DNA of 64,000 bases, taken from contig JBGANV010000003.1 in NCBI GenBank assembly GCA_044222185.1, positions 800,001-864,000 on the forward strand, in the 5' to 3' direction. A program made the position numbers and the translations under genes. Position 1 is the stretch's first letter. The number at the start of each line of letters is the position of its first letter. The notes under the pieces were generated by a model. That model was not told the DNA's origin, ran no database searches, and saw only the letters and a list, made by a program, of their open reading frames with translations. Of this stretch, positions 39,965 to 50,102 are shown piece by piece. The stretch comes from Planctomycetota bacterium (GTDB lineage Bacteria; Planctomycetota; GCA-002687715; CAIWVZ01).

Positions 39965-40306
39965 ATGGAACTGCTGGAACGTTACGAGCTGATCTTCTTC
40001 CAGGCGCTGAACGAACTGAATCCGCCGGCGCTGTCGGAGAGTGCGCCCGAGCTCGCCCGGCAGCACGGTGAGCTGGCGCCCCCCCTCGGTGACATCCTCT
40101 ACCGCCTCGCCATCGAGCACGGCGTCCCCTACAACCAGTTCCGGCGTGACTCCATCGAGCTCCTGGTGCTCCAGAAGCCCGTCACGGCACCGGCCGGCAA
40201 GCGCGCGGCGAAGAAGTCGGCGCCCGAGTTCGCGGCAGCGGTCCAGAAGTACCACCCGTTGCTCCTGCTGGCGCTCGAGACGATGCCGCCGGACAGCGAG
40301 ATCTGA
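39965..40306 (+). CDS. hypothetical protein
   Basis: GAGG RBS, codon usage like neighbouring genes, followed by a hairpin. Confidence 0.7.
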   Translation: MELLERYELIFFQALNELNPPALSESAPELARQHGELAPPLGDILYRLAIEHGVPYNQFRRDSIELLVLQKPVTAPAGKRAAKKSAPEFAAAVQKYHPLLLLALETMPPDSEI

Positions 40307-40367
40307 CCGAACACATCTTGCGCGGGCTCACCGAAGCCACGCGCGATCCGGACGGACACCGGATCTT

Positions 40368-40407
40368 CTCCCCGAGACTCCACCGTGGTTCTCGGGGAGC
40401 CTTTGTT
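40368..40407 (+). terminator. intrinsic terminator-like hairpin between convergent genes
   Basis: 10-bp stem CTCCCCGAGA/TCTCGGGGAG followed by CCTTTGTT. Confidence 0.55.
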
Positions 40408-40522
40408 CCTGGCGCGTCGCGCAGGTCGGAGGGCCGGACCCGCGCAGCGCGCGCCACGGCGAGGGCGACCGATCGGCGTCGACCGTGCCACGACCGCCCC
40501 CCTGACGATCGGTCCCTGGCGG

Positions 40523-43219
40523 TCAGCTTCCGACGAGAACGTACAGCCCGCCCGTCGCGGCGACCCCCTGCGGCGCACCCGCGTCGAGCACGCCGATCTG
40601 GTGATAGATCGAAAGCCCGGCGAGGCCGAGCGGGAGGGTCCAAGGCAGGGTCCACGTTCCTGCGCCGGGTGCACCCGGCGCGCCGGACGTCGTGAAGTCG
40701 ACGGCGAACGTGGGCTCGACGAGGAGCGAACCACCGAAGAGCGGCACGTTCGCCGGAGCCCCGCCGATCACGAACACGGCTGCGGCGCCGCCCAACGCGT
40801 TCGTCAAACGGATCTCGCCGGAGAGCCCCTGGCGGAACGGTCCCACGTCGCCGATCACCGGGACGAACCCGCCGGAGCCTGCGACACCTGCTCCGTACTG
40901 CAACCGCGTCCCACCCGTTGGCGGCTCGATGCGCGTCGCACGCCACACCGATCCCCCCGTGAGATCCTCGTCGCCGTCACCGTCGACGTCGACCACGGCC
41001 ATTGGCTCGACGACGAGGTTGACCGGGTCGACGACGTAATTGAACCCCGGTGCCGACTTGCGAAGCAGGACCGCCTGGCTCCGCACGGATGCCATCAAGT
41101 CCAACTGGCCGTCGCCGTCGGCATCGACCCGCACGAGCCGCCCGGCGGACTCCACCTGGATCGGCCCCAGTGACAGCGTCGATGCGGAGAAGACGGCGCC
41201 GCTCCCGTCGTTCCGCCGCACGCGCAGCTCCGCCGGGAGGTTCAGCCCCTGCTGGACGAAGGCCACGTCGACGTCGCCGTCGTCGTCCAGATCACCCACC
41301 ACCTCGCGCATCGTTCCGAACGAGTATCCCGTGGCAACGACGACGCCGGGCTGCGCATCGTAAGTGAGTGCGCCGTGCGCCCGCGAGATCACGAGCTGCG
41401 GTGGGCCCTGGTTCGGAAAGAGGTCGTTCTGCCCGAGGATGTCCAGGTCGCCATCACCGTCGAAGTCCGCGACGGCCCGAGCACGGAACTGCGGGATCAC
41501 CTGCGCACGCGTGAACGAGCCGCCGACGTTGCGCCAGACGTCGGCCTCCATCACGCCGAACTCGTCCGGCGACATGATGACGTCCAGATCCCCGTCCCCG
41601 TCCAGGTCCGCGACCAGGGCGTCGGTCTGCCGTGGACCGCTGCTCGACCCGCCCATCTTCCCGAGGGAGTCGGCGGCCGGAGTGGCCGGCCCTCCATCGA
41701 CGAGTCCGCCTCCACCGACGTTCAGGAGCCGTCGCATGCCGACGAGAGAAAACGGCGTGCGAACTTCCAGCAAGAGGTCGCGATCGCCATCGCCATCGAC
41801 GTCCAGGCTGATGCCCGGACCAAACCACGTCGTGCCTGCCGGTGGTGGCGGCACCGCGAGGCTCGTCGTCGAGAACGTGCCATCACCGGAATTGGTGAAG
41901 CACCCCTGCCCGATTCCCGGATCGCCGATCCCGAACTGGACGTCGGGATCGCCGTCACGGTCGAAGTCACCGAAGGCACGCGCCGAAGGCGGCACCGCGG
42001 ATTCCCCTCGACCGAAGCGCGGCATGGACGTCGGGCTCAGCGGACCACGCGCGTAGTAGACGGCGCGCCCGGAGACGAGGTCCAGGTCGCCGTCGTGATC
42101 CAGGTCCGCAACCCCTGCCAGATGGGATGCGCCCACGCCCGGCATCAGCACGGCCGCACCCAGAACACCGCCAGTGTTGAACGAGATGCGGAACGTGGCG
42201 GTCGCCGTGTTGCGAACGGGATTCCCACCGCCGCTCCCGCAGCAGGCGCCGTCGAGGTCTCCGTCTCCATCGACGTCGACGAGCCGGTCCGCGGGTCCAC
42301 CAGGTCGCGATGGCTCCACGGCGAACGTCGCCGGGCCCGTTCGTCGCAGGACGCGATACGTCCCCGTCGGCGCCCACCCGCCGATTCCCGGATCGAACAT
42401 CACGAGGTCCACGTCGCCATCACCGTCGAGGTCGCCAGCGGTGGTCATCGCACCAGCGCTCGAGAAGCCAGTCACGGTGCTCGTCGCCGCAGTCGTCAGC
42501 CCGGCACCAACCCATGGGATCCGCCACACCGTCGCCGCGATGGGGTTCACGGCGAAGTTCACGCGAACGACCACGAGGTCGACGAGTCCGTCGCCGTCGA
42601 TCTCGGCATCGATCATCGACCAGTGATCGAGCGAACTCGGGCTGCCGACCGGGAACGGGCTGAACGAGTACGTACCGGCGAGCTGGGGCGCGCCGCCCGG
42701 GATGCCGTGGTAGACGAACAGCCCGTTGCTCGTCAGCAATGCGAGGTCGCTGATTCCGTCCGAGTCCCAATCGAACACGCGCGCGCTTCGGACGCTACCC
42801 GGCGGCGTGAAGTTCCATCCCTGTACGAGCGGTGCTCCCGTCGGCTGCGCGAAGAAGCCCACGACCATGTTCCAGAGCACGAACACGAGGTCGTCGCGTG
42901 AGTCACCGTCGAGGCGCGCGCGAAACGTGTCGGCGAACTCCGCGTCGGGCGTTCCGAACGTCGGAACCGGGATGTTCTGCGTAGGAACGAGTCGTCCCGT
43001 CTGGTCGTTGCGCCACAGATCCACGGACCAGCCCACGTAGCCGAACGCCCCCGCGGCGTCCATGAAGCCGTCGCCGTCGACATCGAGCAGCGCCTCCATC
43101 CGCGCCGTGTCCGGAAAGACCAGTTGGCAGGCATTGAAGCGGCACACGGACTCCTGCGCGCGGGCCGAGTGAACCGTCGCAACCATGAGCATGGCGATGC
43201 ACAAAACCGTCGATCGCAT
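40523..43219 (-). CDS. secreted FG-GAP/VCBS repeat protein
   Basis: Signal peptide ending ARA-Q; more than 12 D-x-DGDGD-x-D repeats; Gly/Pro-rich C-terminal domain. Confidence 0.9.
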   Translation of the reverse strand: MRSTVLCIAMLMVATVHSARAQESVCRFNACQLVFPDTARMEALLDVDGDGFMDAAGAFGYVGWSVDLWRNDQTGRLVPTQNIPVPTFGTPDAEFADTFRARLDGDSRDDLVFVLWNMVVGFFAQPTGAPLVQGWNFTPPGSVRSARVFDWDSDGISDLALLTSNGLFVYHGIPGGAPQLAGTYSFSPFPVGSPSSLDHWSMIDAEIDGDGLVDLVVVRVNFAVNPIAATVWRIPWVGAGLTTAATSTVTGFSSAGAMTTAGDLDGDGDVDLVMFDPGIGGWAPTGTYRVLRRTGPATFAVEPSRPGGPADRLVDVDGDGDLDGACCGSGGGNPVRNTATATFRISFNTGGVLGAAVLMPGVGASHLAGVADLDHDGDLDLVSGRAVYYARGPLSPTSMPRFGRGESAVPPSARAFGDFDRDGDPDVQFGIGDPGIGQGCFTNSGDGTFSTTSLAVPPPPAGTTWFGPGISLDVDGDGDRDLLLEVRTPFSLVGMRRLLNVGGGGLVDGGPATPAADSLGKMGGSSSGPRQTDALVADLDGDGDLDVIMSPDEFGVMEADVWRNVGGSFTRAQVIPQFRARAVADFDGDGDLDILGQNDLFPNQGPPQLVISRAHGALTYDAQPGVVVATGYSFGTMREVVGDLDDDGDVDVAFVQQGLNLPAELRVRRNDGSGAVFSASTLSLGPIQVESAGRLVRVDADGDGQLDLMASVRSQAVLLRKSAPGFNYVVDPVNLVVEPMAVVDVDGDGDEDLTGGSVWRATRIEPPTGGTRLQYGAGVAGSGGFVPVIGDVGPFRQGLSGEIRLTNALGGAAAVFVIGGAPANVPLFGGSLLVEPTFAVDFTTSGAPGAPGAGTWTLPWTLPLGLAGLSIYHQIGVLDAGAPQGVAATGGLYVLVGS

Positions 43220-43519
43220 CTCGTCGACTCCTGCGGTGTGGGAGCACGTGGTGGGCGCGAGTGTACGGCAGATTGGCCGGGCGCCGAGTGCACGAGAACC
43301 GTCATTTGCACCACGATTTTTCCTTTGCAACGCGGCGGCGATCCGAGGCAATTGACGGGGTTCGCGCCCGCGAGCGCCGCGCCGGAATCCACGCCGCGCG
43401 TATCAACCGAGCCGGCCGACCGTCTCATCATCCGGCGACGCTCATCCCCCCGAAGCCGCGGCCAATTCCGCCCTCTCACCGAGACAGGTGATCGGCCGGC
43501 GAAGGCCAGGAGAGGCCCC

Positions 43520-45703
43520 ATGATCCAGCTCAATGGAGGTCGTGGCGTGATCGCGGCAACTGTCGCGATCCTGTTCTCGGCGCAAGCGCTCGCCCAGGAC
43601 ATCGGCGCCGCGGCCGTCGATCCGCGCATCGTCCAGGCCGGTCCCGTCACCGATGTCGCCAGCGCGCGGTCGTTCCTGATGGCGAATGAAGGCGTGTTGG
43701 GCACGACGATGACGTCTCTGTCCGACGGAGGAACGGCCACGTCCACCCAGGCTGGCGCGTTGCACCGTGCCTTGCGCTTCTTCCAACGCATCGACGGGAT
43801 CGAGGTGGAGGACAGCGTCGTCATCGTTCTCTCGGACGCGCGTGGCCATGCGACGCTCGCAGACGTGAGGATCGGTCGCGTCGAAGACGGCCCGCGCGGC
43901 ATCGTCGTTTCGCAAGAAGCAGCCGTGGCCACGGCGAGGGCCGCACTTGCCGGTGGAGACCGGCTCGACGTCCGCGACCTCGCGCCGTCCCTGGTATATC
44001 GTCGGCACGCGTTCGGCGATCCGCGAAGCGCCGCCCGTGCGTATTGGCGCATCGACGTCTCCGCCGGCGGTGACGCCGGCGACCGGCGGCCGATGACGCG
44101 CCGCATGTACGTGGACGCTGTCGATGTCACGGCGGCGATCGCCGCGCAGTTCCCGTTGGTGATGGCCGCGGACACCCGGACGCGCTTCGTGACGAATCAC
44201 CTGCCGCCGGACGATCCGGGCGCCACAACGGCGACCGAAGGCGAATCGGGCATACCCGTTGGGTTCTTCTGCGCCTACGGCACGTCGGTGTTCACGACGT
44301 CGGGGACGGGCGGTGCGTTCGCGCTTCCGCCCGGTTTCACGTGCACGGGCCCGTCGGGACCCGGCGTGATCAACGTCATCGGCAGGTGGGGCACGCCGAC
44401 GTTCCCGGACGTCGACGTGTATCAGGGTCTTTCGCCGCTGCCCTCGCTCGGCGCCGCCTGCGGAGGCGGCCCCGGGTCTGCGTCCCAGCCCGGGGTCGGA
44501 GGCATCATGCCGCCAGGCGTCATGACACCGCCGGATCTCGTTCTCGGCGGCGCGGCGGGCCAGGTCATCCATTGGCAACGCGCGCTGCGCGCGTTCACGG
44601 CGCCATACCCGTCCGTGCTGTCGGGCGTTCGCTTCACGGCCGAAGTGGACACGCCCGCCTTCCCGTTCATCGCGTGCGCGTCCCCCGCCGGCTCGCTGTG
44701 GCGCGTGCGTTTCGGAGCCGCAGGCGTGCCGCCCGGTGGCGCAGCCCCGGTCGCCAACGCGGCGAGTTCGACGTTCGTCGTCCACGAGATGGGACACGTC
44801 GCGTGGTGGCACACGACGGCGCCAGGGCTTTGGACCGGTGCTGATGCCGATGCGATCAACGAAGGCGTTGCCGACGTCTTCGCAACGTACGTGACGGGAC
44901 AGGAGTCGATCGGACCCGGGTGGATGGGCCCTGGGACCGGAGCTCTGCGCACCGGGCTCAACCTGCGCCAGTACGGCACGCTCGATCCGGAGGGCGATGC
45001 GCACGATGCCGGAGAACTGCTGATGGGAGCCTTCTGGCAGATGCGCGTGAACCTCATGGCCGCGATGGGCGCGGCGGCCGGTGCGGACCACGCGCGCGCC
45101 CTCTTCCTCGACTGGCTTCTCCTGTTCGAGGACACGACGCTCGACTCGCGGATCCTCGATCACCTTCTCTACCTGGATGACACCGACGGCGACTTCACGA
45201 ACGGCACACCGCACCTCGGTGCGATCACCGCGGCGTTCCACGCTCACGGGTTCCCAGGCGCGGACCCGGCGCTCTACCCGGGCGGAGCCTCGCCCGTGTT
45301 CGGCGCCACGTTCTTCGATCCCGCATCAGCTCCACCGGCCGGCGCCGCGCGCATGAGCAAGCTCGCGCTGTCGGTGTTCGATCCCGCGGGCCCGGGCGGC
45401 AAGCCCGTGATCGTCATCGCCGGCGCGCCGGCAGCGATCCCGCTGCCCCCGTTCGGAACGCTCGCGGTCGACATCTCGGGCACGTGGTTCACGATGATCG
45501 ACGGCACGATGCCCGGCGGCGGCGTGTTCGCCGACTTCCCCGCGTCCACCGGGGTCCTCGGCGAGTGGAACACGCGGGAGGTGACGACTGCGTTCTGGGC
45601 GCTCCCGCCTGGCATCCCGTTCGTGACGCAGGCCTTCGTGCTCAACCCCGCGAACGTGGGGCTCTCGCGGCTGTCGAACCCGGTCGCGCTCATGACGCCG
45701 TGA
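43520..45703 (+). CDS. secreted gluzincin metallopeptidase (M4/M36-like) with propeptide
   Basis: AGGAGAGG RBS, signal ending ALA-Q, FTP-like RFFQRIDGIEV, VVHEMGH, AINEGVAD, DAHDAG. Confidence 0.82.
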   Translation: MIQLNGGRGVIAATVAILFSAQALAQDIGAAAVDPRIVQAGPVTDVASARSFLMANEGVLGTTMTSLSDGGTATSTQAGALHRALRFFQRIDGIEVEDSVVIVLSDARGHATLADVRIGRVEDGPRGIVVSQEAAVATARAALAGGDRLDVRDLAPSLVYRRHAFGDPRSAARAYWRIDVSAGGDAGDRRPMTRRMYVDAVDVTAAIAAQFPLVMAADTRTRFVTNHLPPDDPGATTATEGESGIPVGFFCAYGTSVFTTSGTGGAFALPPGFTCTGPSGPGVINVIGRWGTPTFPDVDVYQGLSPLPSLGAACGGGPGSASQPGVGGIMPPGVMTPPDLVLGGAAGQVIHWQRALRAFTAPYPSVLSGVRFTAEVDTPAFPFIACASPAGSLWRVRFGAAGVPPGGAAPVANAASSTFVVHEMGHVAWWHTTAPGLWTGADADAINEGVADVFATYVTGQESIGPGWMGPGTGALRTGLNLRQYGTLDPEGDAHDAGELLMGAFWQMRVNLMAAMGAAAGADHARALFLDWLLLFEDTTLDSRILDHLLYLDDTDGDFTNGTPHLGAITAAFHAHGFPGADPALYPGGASPVFGATFFDPASAPPAGAARMSKLALSVFDPAGPGGKPVIVIAGAPAAIPLPPFGTLAVDISGTWFTMIDGTMPGGGVFADFPASTGVLGEWNTREVTTAFWALPPGIPFVTQAFVLNPANVGLSRLSNPVALMTP

Positions 45704-45747
45704 ACTGACGCGGACGCGATGCGAGCCCGTCGGAGCATGATCCGGCC

Positions 45748-47388
45748 ATGCGTTCGAGGCTTGCGGGGCATTACGGACGATGTGCGGCCGCATCGCTTGC
45801 AATCATCGCCCTCGCTGCGTGCAGTGAGCCGGTCGACGCGCCAGCGAGCCCCGCACGCCGCGTTGCCACGTCACAACCTGAATCGCAGCCCGAGTCGCGA
45901 CCTATGGCACCGGCCTTGCGCGTACGGGTCTCACGCGACGGCAAGCCCCTTCGTGGAGCGCGAGTCGCCGCGGGGTTCCCCGGCGCACATGGCGAAACGA
46001 CCTCGCCGACTCCAGAGTGCCGAACGAACGAGGATGGCCTCGCGCGATTCGACGGCCTGCCCGGCACGCTCGGGCTCGTACTCGTGTGGCCAGGAGACGG
46101 TCCTCACGCGTCGCCGATGGCCTTCGACCGCGTCGATCTCGCGAAGTCCGACGATCCCATCGACGTGGACTTCGGCCTCCTCGTACGGGCGACGGTGGAC
46201 CTCACGGTCGACGGTCGCAGGGCCATTCCCGACGGGTTCGAGCTCGAGCCCAGGAACTGGATCACCGCGGACCATCGCATCTTCGCTTGCGAGATCGCCG
46301 TGTGCGAATGGATCGAAGACGCGGCGCTCGGGCGCGTCCGGTTCTCGCTTTTGACGCGGAGTCGGTGGGCCGCCTACCCCTTGCCGGTCGACGGCGTATT
46401 CCGCGGGGCCGGGGGCATGCGCGTGCCGTTCGAGTGGCCTCTCCGTCCCGGGCAGAAGTCGATTGACGCGGAGGTCGCATTCGGACGACCCTGCGCCGTC
46501 GACGTCGCGATCGTTCCTCCATCGGACGGGAAATTCAGCTGGAAGCTCGAACGACGGTCGGTGATGCGTGCTTCCGAGGGCGCCGAGGAACTCGACGTGC
46601 GTTGGATCGATCATTGGCCTCCGTGGGTGCTCTCCGGCGGGCGCGGGTCCGACGAGAGGCGATCGACCGTGACGGACCTCCCCCCGGGAACCTACCGGCT
46701 GACGGACGAGTGGACCGGCATCACATCGGACGAGATCGACCTGCGCACGACCGGCTCCCGCGCGGCGGTCACGCTGGACCTCTCGCCGATCTTCGTTCAA
46801 ACGGTGCGCCTGCTCGTTCCGCCTGACACGCGCGTCGACCCCCGGATGGTGCGGGCTCGGTTCGCCGACTCACGACCAACCGCCGGGTTCCATCTCGACG
46901 ACGCCGACGGCGGCCCGCAGTGGTCGGACCAGCCCGAGTGCTCGTCGTGCATCGACCTGCGCCTCGTGCGCGGTCACCGCGCGACGGTTTTCGCGCGATG
47001 GCCGGGCCTCGTCGCGTCGAAGACCCGTGGGTCGGTCGTGGTCGATGAACCCGGACCTTTGGTGACGCTCGAACTCGTCCACGGTCACCGCGTCGAGTGG
47101 CAGGTCCCGCGGCACGCGACCGACGAGGTCGTGCGTTACGAGCAACCGCCGGAGGTGGGGACGGTGACTCTCCGCGGCGTGTCGGGCCCGGCGGCGTCCG
47201 AACCGGTCTTCGAGTTCACCAGCGACGCGGAGGCGGAGCAGAAGATGCGGACGTTCGGCTTCGTGACGAACGATGCCGGTGATTTCGACGCGACGTTCAC
47301 GCTGGACGGCTTCCTTCCGCTGACTCGACGGATCTCCATCGCCGCCGGCACGACGAAGCTGGGCCAGATCCGATTGACCCCGCGGTAG
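45748..47388 (+). CDS. lipoprotein with carboxypeptidase-regulatory-like domains
   Basis: Lipobox IIALAAC; DGKPLRGARV...TNEDGLARFDGLPG; DLPPGTYRL. Confidence 0.72.
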   Translation: MRSRLAGHYGRCAAASLAIIALAACSEPVDAPASPARRVATSQPESQPESRPMAPALRVRVSRDGKPLRGARVAAGFPGAHGETTSPTPECRTNEDGLARFDGLPGTLGLVLVWPGDGPHASPMAFDRVDLAKSDDPIDVDFGLLVRATVDLTVDGRRAIPDGFELEPRNWITADHRIFACEIAVCEWIEDAALGRVRFSLLTRSRWAAYPLPVDGVFRGAGGMRVPFEWPLRPGQKSIDAEVAFGRPCAVDVAIVPPSDGKFSWKLERRSVMRASEGAEELDVRWIDHWPPWVLSGGRGSDERRSTVTDLPPGTYRLTDEWTGITSDEIDLRTTGSRAAVTLDLSPIFVQTVRLLVPPDTRVDPRMVRARFADSRPTAGFHLDDADGGPQWSDQPECSSCIDLRLVRGHRATVFARWPGLVASKTRGSVVVDEPGPLVTLELVHGHRVEWQVPRHATDEVVRYEQPPEVGTVTLRGVSGPAASEPVFEFTSDAEAEQKMRTFGFVTNDAGDFDATFTLDGFLPLTRRISIAAGTTKLGQIRLTPR

Positions 47389-47506
47389 GCATCACACCTC
47401 GAGGATCCACAGAAATCGAGGGAATGCGACACCGCAAGTCAGTTCGAAATATGGACATGAGTCAAACTCGGCTGATTGACTTTCCAAAGCACGATCAGCC
47501 GATGCG

Positions 47507-48727
47507 ATGCAGGCCGTGCCGACACCCAAGCCTCGCCACATTGCCGGCGTCGTCGCGAAAGCTGCACGTCAGTCCCCGGTCATCGTCATCACCGGCCCGA
47601 GGCAGTCCGGGAAGACGACACTCGCCCGACGGCAGTTTCCCGACAGGCCCTATCTCAGCCTCGAGGATCCGGACGTGCGGCAGCGCGCCGCGTCCAATCC
47701 CCGCGAGTTCCTGGCCGCGTGTCCCGAGGGCGCGATCTTCGACGAGGCGCAGCGCCTGCCGGATCTCTTCTCCTACCTTCAAACGGAGGTCGACCGGGAT
47801 CCGCGCCCAGGTCGCTTCGACCTGACGGGATCGGAGAACCTGGCCCGGTCGCAGCGTGTGTCGCAGTCGCTCGCGGGACGCGCGCTCCTCCTGAAGCTCC
47901 TGCCGTTCAGCCATGCGGAACTCCTCGATCGCACCGCGGCGCCGCCCGGCCACTGGGACGAGCCACCTGGGCCGGCAACCCAGCCGGTGACGACGAGGTC
48001 CTGGACGGCAACCGCGTTTCGGGGGTTCTTCCCCCGCGCGGTCTTGGAGGACGCGGACCCAACGCTCTGGCTCGACTCCAACCTCGAGACGTACGTCGAA
48101 CGCGACGTCCGCCAGATCGCCAACATCGGCGATCTCGACTCCTTCCCGCGCTTCCTCCGGCTCGTCGCTGCGCGCTTCGGGCAACTCTTGAACGACTCCA
48201 ACCTCGCCATGGACGCGTCCGTCAGCGTGACGACCGCTCGCGCATGGATTTCAGTCCTCGAGGCCGGTTTCATCACGCGCCTGCTCCCGCCATTCCACGA
48301 GAACTTCAACAAGCGGCTCGTCAAGACGCCGAAGCTCCATCTCGTCGACCCCGGCCTCATGTGCCGGCTGCTCGCGATCCGCTCACCCGAGGAAGTGGCG
48401 TTGCATCCGCTCCGCGGCGCAATCTTCGAGACGCTCGTCGTCGGTGAGTTGATCAAGGCGTTCCTGAACGCTGGCGAAGATCCGCCCCTCTTCTTCTGGC
48501 GGGATCGCTCGGGCCATGAAGTCGACGTCATCGTCGACATGGGCATCCGCCGCATCCCGATCGAGATCAAGGCGACCGAGATCGTGCGCGACGACGACAC
48601 GTCGCCCGTACGTCGGTGGATGCGCATCGCGAAGGCGTCGCGAACGGGCGTCGTCATCCATTCGGGCGACGTGACGTCCCCGCAGGAGGACGGCATGGTC
48701 CTGCGGTCGTGGCGCGATCTCACGTGA
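47507..48727 (+). CDS. AAA_14 + DUF4143 ATP-binding protein
   Basis: ITGPRQSGKTTL, DEAQ..P, LTGS, QSLAGR, TYVERDVR, KRLVKTPKL...DPG, WRDRSGHEVD, IEIK. Confidence 0.92.
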   Translation: MQAVPTPKPRHIAGVVAKAARQSPVIVITGPRQSGKTTLARRQFPDRPYLSLEDPDVRQRAASNPREFLAACPEGAIFDEAQRLPDLFSYLQTEVDRDPRPGRFDLTGSENLARSQRVSQSLAGRALLLKLLPFSHAELLDRTAAPPGHWDEPPGPATQPVTTRSWTATAFRGFFPRAVLEDADPTLWLDSNLETYVERDVRQIANIGDLDSFPRFLRLVAARFGQLLNDSNLAMDASVSVTTARAWISVLEAGFITRLLPPFHENFNKRLVKTPKLHLVDPGLMCRLLAIRSPEEVALHPLRGAIFETLVVGELIKAFLNAGEDPPLFFWRDRSGHEVDVIVDMGIRRIPIEIKATEIVRDDDTSPVRRWMRIAKASRTGVVIHSGDVTSPQEDGMVLRSWRDLT

Positions 48728-49163
48728 CGCAGTCGTGATTCGGTCCGGGGCCTCGGTCGGCGCCACGAATGCGGTACTCGGAACCACTACGATTCCGCCG
48801 CCTCCCTCGCCTTGGTGAACGAATCGTCGAGGTGCATCGCGGGCTCGCCGTCGTGCACGAGAAGCGAGCGGGCCTCGCACGACGGCGAACACGACCGTCC
48901 GCAACGCGACTGAAAGCCCGTCGGCGAGCCCGAGCGCGCACATCTCGGGGCGTGCAGCGATTGACCGCCCCTGGAGATCGGAAGCAGATGCGCAGGGCGA
49001 AGTCTGCCCGTGCCGCGTCGACTCGCCGCCGAGTGAAGGGTGCGGCGCAGCGTCGACGGCGCGAACGCGCGGCCCACGCGAGGATCTCTTTCAACGGCGA
49101 TGGGGCGAAGCCTATCGTTTCGAAGCCGTGCGAATCCATCGCACGCGATGAAGGGAGAGAACC

Positions 49164-50057
49164 ATGAAGCGGAACGCCCCTGCCCGGACGTTGCTCCTGA
49201 TCTCTTTGATGCTGATCTGCCCGGCCTCCCCACTCGCATCACAAGTCCCCGCTGGACCGCCAGTCGTGTGGCCGACGTCCGCGGGCGGAAACGGCCACAG
49301 CTACCAGCTCTACCTTGGCGCCATCGGCGGATGGCTCGGCGCCAACACCTTCGCGGGCCTGAACGGCGGTTACCTCGCGACGATCACGTCGGCGGACGAG
49401 AACGCGTTCGTGTACAACCTCGCGGCGGCCGTTCCCGCGGCATGGAGTGCCGCCAACGGAGGCACCTACGGCCCGTGGCTCGGCGGCGCCATGATTGGCG
49501 GCTCCTTTGCCTGGGTGACGGGCGAGCCGTTCTGCTTCCAGCACTGGGCGCCGGGCGAGCCCAACAACGGGTGCGTCGGGATTCCACTCGAAGATCACGT
49601 CCACTTCGGGAACCAGACGATCTACGCGCTCGATCTCTGGAACGATCTGGCGTCGCCGGGCTGTCCGGCCGGCGGCATCGTCGTTCCGTCGTTCGTCGTC
49701 GAACGATCGCCGTACGCGTTCGCGATGACGCAGCCCGGCGGGCCCGGTGCGGCACTCGTGATCGCGGCGACGGGCGGCACGGCCGGGAACCTCTTCTTCA
49801 ATGCGTTCACTCTCGCCGCCGACCCCTGCCTCGACGGCTGGTTCTTCGGCATCGAAATCTCGTTCGGTGATCTCGCCACGCAGCTGACGAGCGGTCCACC
49901 GTTCTTCGGAGTGCTCGGCCCGGCAGGCTCGGCCGTCTTCGTGGTTCCGCCACCGATCCCGGCGGGAATCACGCTCGACGCCGTGAGCATCCACATCAGC
50001 GCCTTCGGACTTGGTCCGATCGCGGCGTCGATCCCCATCACCTACACAACGATCTGA
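49164..50057 (+). CDS. secreted C-type lectin domain protein
   Basis: Signal peptide; GGNGHSY, GGYLATITSADENAFV, WLGG, WVTGEP, WAPGEPNN, WND. Confidence 0.85.
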   Translation: MKRNAPARTLLLISLMLICPASPLASQVPAGPPVVWPTSAGGNGHSYQLYLGAIGGWLGANTFAGLNGGYLATITSADENAFVYNLAAAVPAAWSAANGGTYGPWLGGAMIGGSFAWVTGEPFCFQHWAPGEPNNGCVGIPLEDHVHFGNQTIYALDLWNDLASPGCPAGGIVVPSFVVERSPYAFAMTQPGGPGAALVIAATGGTAGNLFFNAFTLAADPCLDGWFFGIEISFGDLATQLTSGPPFFGVLGPAGSAVFVVPPPIPAGITLDAVSIHISAFGLGPIAASIPITYTTI

Positions 50058-50102
50058 GCGTCGCGCCGAGATCCGCGCCACGACGTCGATCGTGGCGCGC
50101 GA

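Noticed and set aside
40900-43100. Recurring GTCGCCGTC-like DNA repeats as a CRISPR or tandem array
   Set aside because: They encode the DGDGD motifs of FG-GAP repeats and have irregular spacing and sequence.
47507-48727. AAA+DUF4143 gene as a defence island or mobile element
   Set aside because: A common solitary family; no flanking repeats, integrase or partner defence genes are visible.
48728-49163. Short overlapping ORFs in the spacer
   Set aside because: Arg/Ala-rich with no RBS or motifs on either strand; treated as non-coding or an unrecognisable remnant.
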